Assembly (NCBI GenBank): GCA_963843795.1
Contig: CAWJLW010000006.1
Location: 186,001-250,000 of the forward strand
Length of the DNA stretch: 64,000 nt
Direction: 5' to 3'
From: an uncultured bacterium
Lineage (GTDB): Bacteria; Armatimonadota; Abditibacteriia; Abditibacteriales; Abditibacteriaceae
In this document: piece after piece, positions 61,959 through 64,000 of the stretch
How the letters are laid out: each line of letters opens with the position of its first letter
How positions within the stretch are numbered: the first letter of the stretch is position 1
Program-made: the position numbers and the translations under genes
The notes under the pieces: generated by a model
What the model saw: only the letters and a program-made list of their open reading frames with translations
What the model was told of the DNA's origin: nothing
Databases searched by the model: none

Positions 61959-63236
61959 ATGCCCAACACATCTTCTTTCTCACCCCCAACACCTGCGAAA
62001 CGCACCTCTGGCTTAGGATTTATCTTCGTGTTACTGCTCATCGATGTGATGGGCATCGGCCTGTTGATTCCAATTTTGCCCGGATTTATCGCCCAGTTAT
62101 CGCACCAAACGCTGAGCGCGGCGGCGCGCGATTACGGCTGGCTGCTGGCGTTGTATGGCGCGATGCAGTTTTTGTTTTCGCCGCTTATTGGCACACTCAG
62201 CGATCAATTCGGGCGTCGTCCGGTATTGCTGGTTTCACTTTTCTGCACCGGCATCGAATACGTTTTGATGGCGCTTGCGCCGAACTTGATCTGGCTTTAC
62301 ATTGGGCGCACTCTGTCGGGCATCACCGGCGCCAGCATTACCGCAGCCAACGCTTATATCGCCGATGTGAGCGCGCCTCACGAGCGTGCGCAGAACTTCG
62401 GATTGGTGGGCGCGGCGTTTGGTCTGGGCTTCGTCATTGGCCCGGCATTGGGCGGTTTTCTAGGGCAATGGGGACCGCGCGTGCCGTTCTGGGCCGCAGC
62501 GGTTTTCTGCTTCGCCAACTTTTTATACGGCTGGCTGATTTTGCCCGAATCGCTCAAGCCAGCAAACCGTCGTCGCGTCGATTTGCGCTTAGCCAATCCT
62601 GTGGGTGCTTTGGGCATTCTTAGCCGCTATCCGCTGGTGTGGGGCTTAACCGGTTCTCTTGTGGTGACTAATCTGGCGATGAACTGTATCAACAGCACAT
62701 GGGTTTTGTTCACTGAAATGCGCTTTGATTGGAACTCAACGCAAGTCGGGTTTTCGCTTGCCGCTTTTGGCACTGTCGCACTGATTTATCAATTGGGATT
62801 GGCGCGCATTTTACTGCCGCTGTGGGGCGAACGCCGCACGATGTTAATTGGTTTGGCCGTTGGCGCGATTGAGTTCGTGGCCTACGCGCTTTCATCGCAG
62901 GGCTGGATGATTTATGCGATTATGCTGCTCGGTGGTTTGGGCTTGTTGGCCGGACAAGCGACACAGGGTTTGCTGTCGCGGCAAGTCGGCGAAGATGAGC
63001 AGGGCGCTTTGCAGGGCGCATTGAGCAGTTTGGCGAGCCTGACCGGAATTTTCGGCCCGCTCATTGGCACTTTTCTGTTCGCGCATTACACGCAACGCGG
63101 CGCGCCGATTTTTCTACCCGGCGCACCGTTTCTGCTCGCTGCTGCGCTCAACCTCGTGGGCCTGATTATCGCGGTGCGGTTTCTGGCGCGCTGGCCCGAA
63201 CCGCAAACCACATCAGGCGTCGCGCTGACCGAATGA
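61959..63236 (+). CDS. TCR/Tet family MFS transporter (DHA1)
   Basis: GTLSDQFGRRPVLL, AYIAD, GFVIGPALGG, LPES, EQGALQG. Confidence 0.9.
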   Translation: MPNTSSFSPPTPAKRTSGLGFIFVLLLIDVMGIGLLIPILPGFIAQLSHQTLSAAARDYGWLLALYGAMQFLFSPLIGTLSDQFGRRPVLLVSLFCTGIEYVLMALAPNLIWLYIGRTLSGITGASITAANAYIADVSAPHERAQNFGLVGAAFGLGFVIGPALGGFLGQWGPRVPFWAAAVFCFANFLYGWLILPESLKPANRRRVDLRLANPVGALGILSRYPLVWGLTGSLVVTNLAMNCINSTWVLFTEMRFDWNSTQVGFSLAAFGTVALIYQLGLARILLPLWGERRTMLIGLAVGAIEFVAYALSSQGWMIYAIMLLGGLGLLAGQATQGLLSRQVGEDEQGALQGALSSLASLTGIFGPLIGTFLFAHYTQRGAPIFLPGAPFLLAAALNLVGLIIAVRFLARWPEPQTTSGVALTE

Positions 63237-63238
63237 CA

Positions 63239-63262
63239 GGTGCTGCAAGTACTTGCAGCACC
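63239..63262. repeat. 24-bp perfect palindrome filling the gap between convergent genes
   Basis: GGTGCT-GCAAGTACTTGC-AGCACC. Confidence 0.8.
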
Positions 63263-63266
63263 ACTT

Positions 63267-64000
63267 TCAGTGCCAGTCGCGATAAAACACCGCGCGCTGC
63301 CAGTAATTCGCGGTTTTGGCTTCCAGGGCGTTTTGTTCGGCTTCAGTCATCGGCGCGGTTATCGAGCGCGCGGCCTTGACATTTTCTTCCAGCATTTCAA
63401 TTGAATCGCAGGCCACAATTGCGCACGCGACATTCTGTTGCGATAGCGAATAATGCAACGCGTGCTGAATGGTGACATCGGCTTTTTTGTCCAGCAAACG
63501 TCCGTAAGCCGGAACTTTCATGGCGACAACGCCGGTTTTGGTTTCCTGCGCGACCGGCAGCAAATTCTGGATAAACGAATCGTCGTGATGTTTATCGACC
63601 GCGTTGATTTGCGCTAGCATCATATCGAATGGATAACGCCGCAGCCAATCGGCCAAAATCGCCGAACGATGATGACCACTGATGCCGACGGTACGCACCA
63701 TTTTCTCATCTTTCGCTTTTTGCAGCGCTTTGACTGCGCCATCATCGGCGAAAAATGGTTTGGTGTCGCGATCTTCCAGCGAAACTGCGTGCATCAGCCA
63801 CGCATCGAGATGATCGGTTTGCAAACGCTTGAGCGAGCCTTCCAACGCGCGCATCGCGCCATCGTAGCCACGCGCATCGCATTTGGACGCGATAATCATT
63901 TCCTTACGCCGATTTTTAGCGACTTCGCCTAATGCGATTTCACTTTTGCCCGGCCCGTAACTATCAGCGGTATCGAAATAATTCACGCCCAGATTCAAAG
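63267..64000 (-). CDS. Aldo/keto reductase (5' end lies beyond the window)
   Basis: GVNYFDTADSYG, SLKRLQTDHLD, GISGH, GVVAMK. Confidence 0.9.
   Translation of the reverse strand, partial: LNLGVNYFDTADSYGPGKSEIALGEVAKNRRKEMIIASKCDARGYDGAMRALEGSLKRLQTDHLDAWLMHAVSLEDRDTKPFFADDGAVKALQKAKDEKMVRTVGISGHHRSAILADWLRRYPFDMMLAQINAVDKHHDDSFIQNLLPVAQETKTGVVAMKVPAYGRLLDKKADVTIQHALHYSLSQQNVACAIVACDSIEMLEENVKAARSITAPMTEAEQNALEAKTANYWQRAVFYRDWH

Larger units (their letters stand above)
6891..63256. repeat. Dispersed 12-bp perfect palindrome GCAAGTACTTGC, 47 exact copies
   Basis: Start positions read by eye: 6891, 8472, 9950, 11797, 14510, 14523, 17214, 17637, 18479, 19714, 20276, 21748, 22046, 24302, 24883, 25647, 27089, 27880, 29081, 30589, 32256, 32788, 34539, 37124, 37419, 39038, 39550, 40569, 42306, 43268, 43312, 44981, 46233, 47188, 47298, 50245, 50914, 51043, 52250, 53685, 55499, 55646, 58560, 60816, 60829, 61861, 63245. 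Confidence 0.97.

Noticed and set aside
61959..63236. Acquired tetracycline resistance gene tetA
   Set aside because: Only family-level similarity is visible, with no tetR or mobile context.
6891..63256. 12-mer as a CRISPR repeat
   Set aside because: It is too short and dispersed, with no regular spacers and no cas genes.
6891..63256. 12-mer as a cloning, adapter or fold-back artefact (ScaI site)
   Set aside because: Copies sit in frame in intact conserved proteins (PQVLAT, RKYL, STCVQHE) and gene order is continuous across them. Reads should still be checked.

Overview
Bacterial chromosomal window (roughly 55% GC by eye) with about 45 protein-coding genes. They include housekeeping genes (def, fmt, rsmB, uup-like ABC-F, deaD-like helicase, ggt, LptF/G and LptD-like), transporters, two DUF1559/H-X9-DG prepilin-like genes and a giant frameshifted surface protein at 47-6830. 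The gene content suggests Abditibacteriota/Armatimonadota, which is inference only. The dominant unexplained signal is a perfect 12-bp palindrome, GCAAGTACTTGC. I counted 47 exact copies by eye, against about 0.004 expected for a random 12-mer in 64 kb. Of these, 29 copies lie in 26 intergenic junctions, often 6-10 nt after a stop codon and at the centre of longer perfect hairpins. The other 18 are embedded in coding sequences in all three frames (QVLA, ASTC, xKYLx). Tandem and triplet copies occur. This looks like a highly iterated palindrome or uptake-sequence-like system that I cannot match to a described motif. Three other palindromic repeat types are present: GTAG REP pairs, a 54-bp inverted repeat beside a DUF559 nuclease gene, and an ACGCAAAG inverted repeat. 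Several frameshifts are probably sequencing indels. No rRNA, tRNA, CRISPR array or transposase was recognised.
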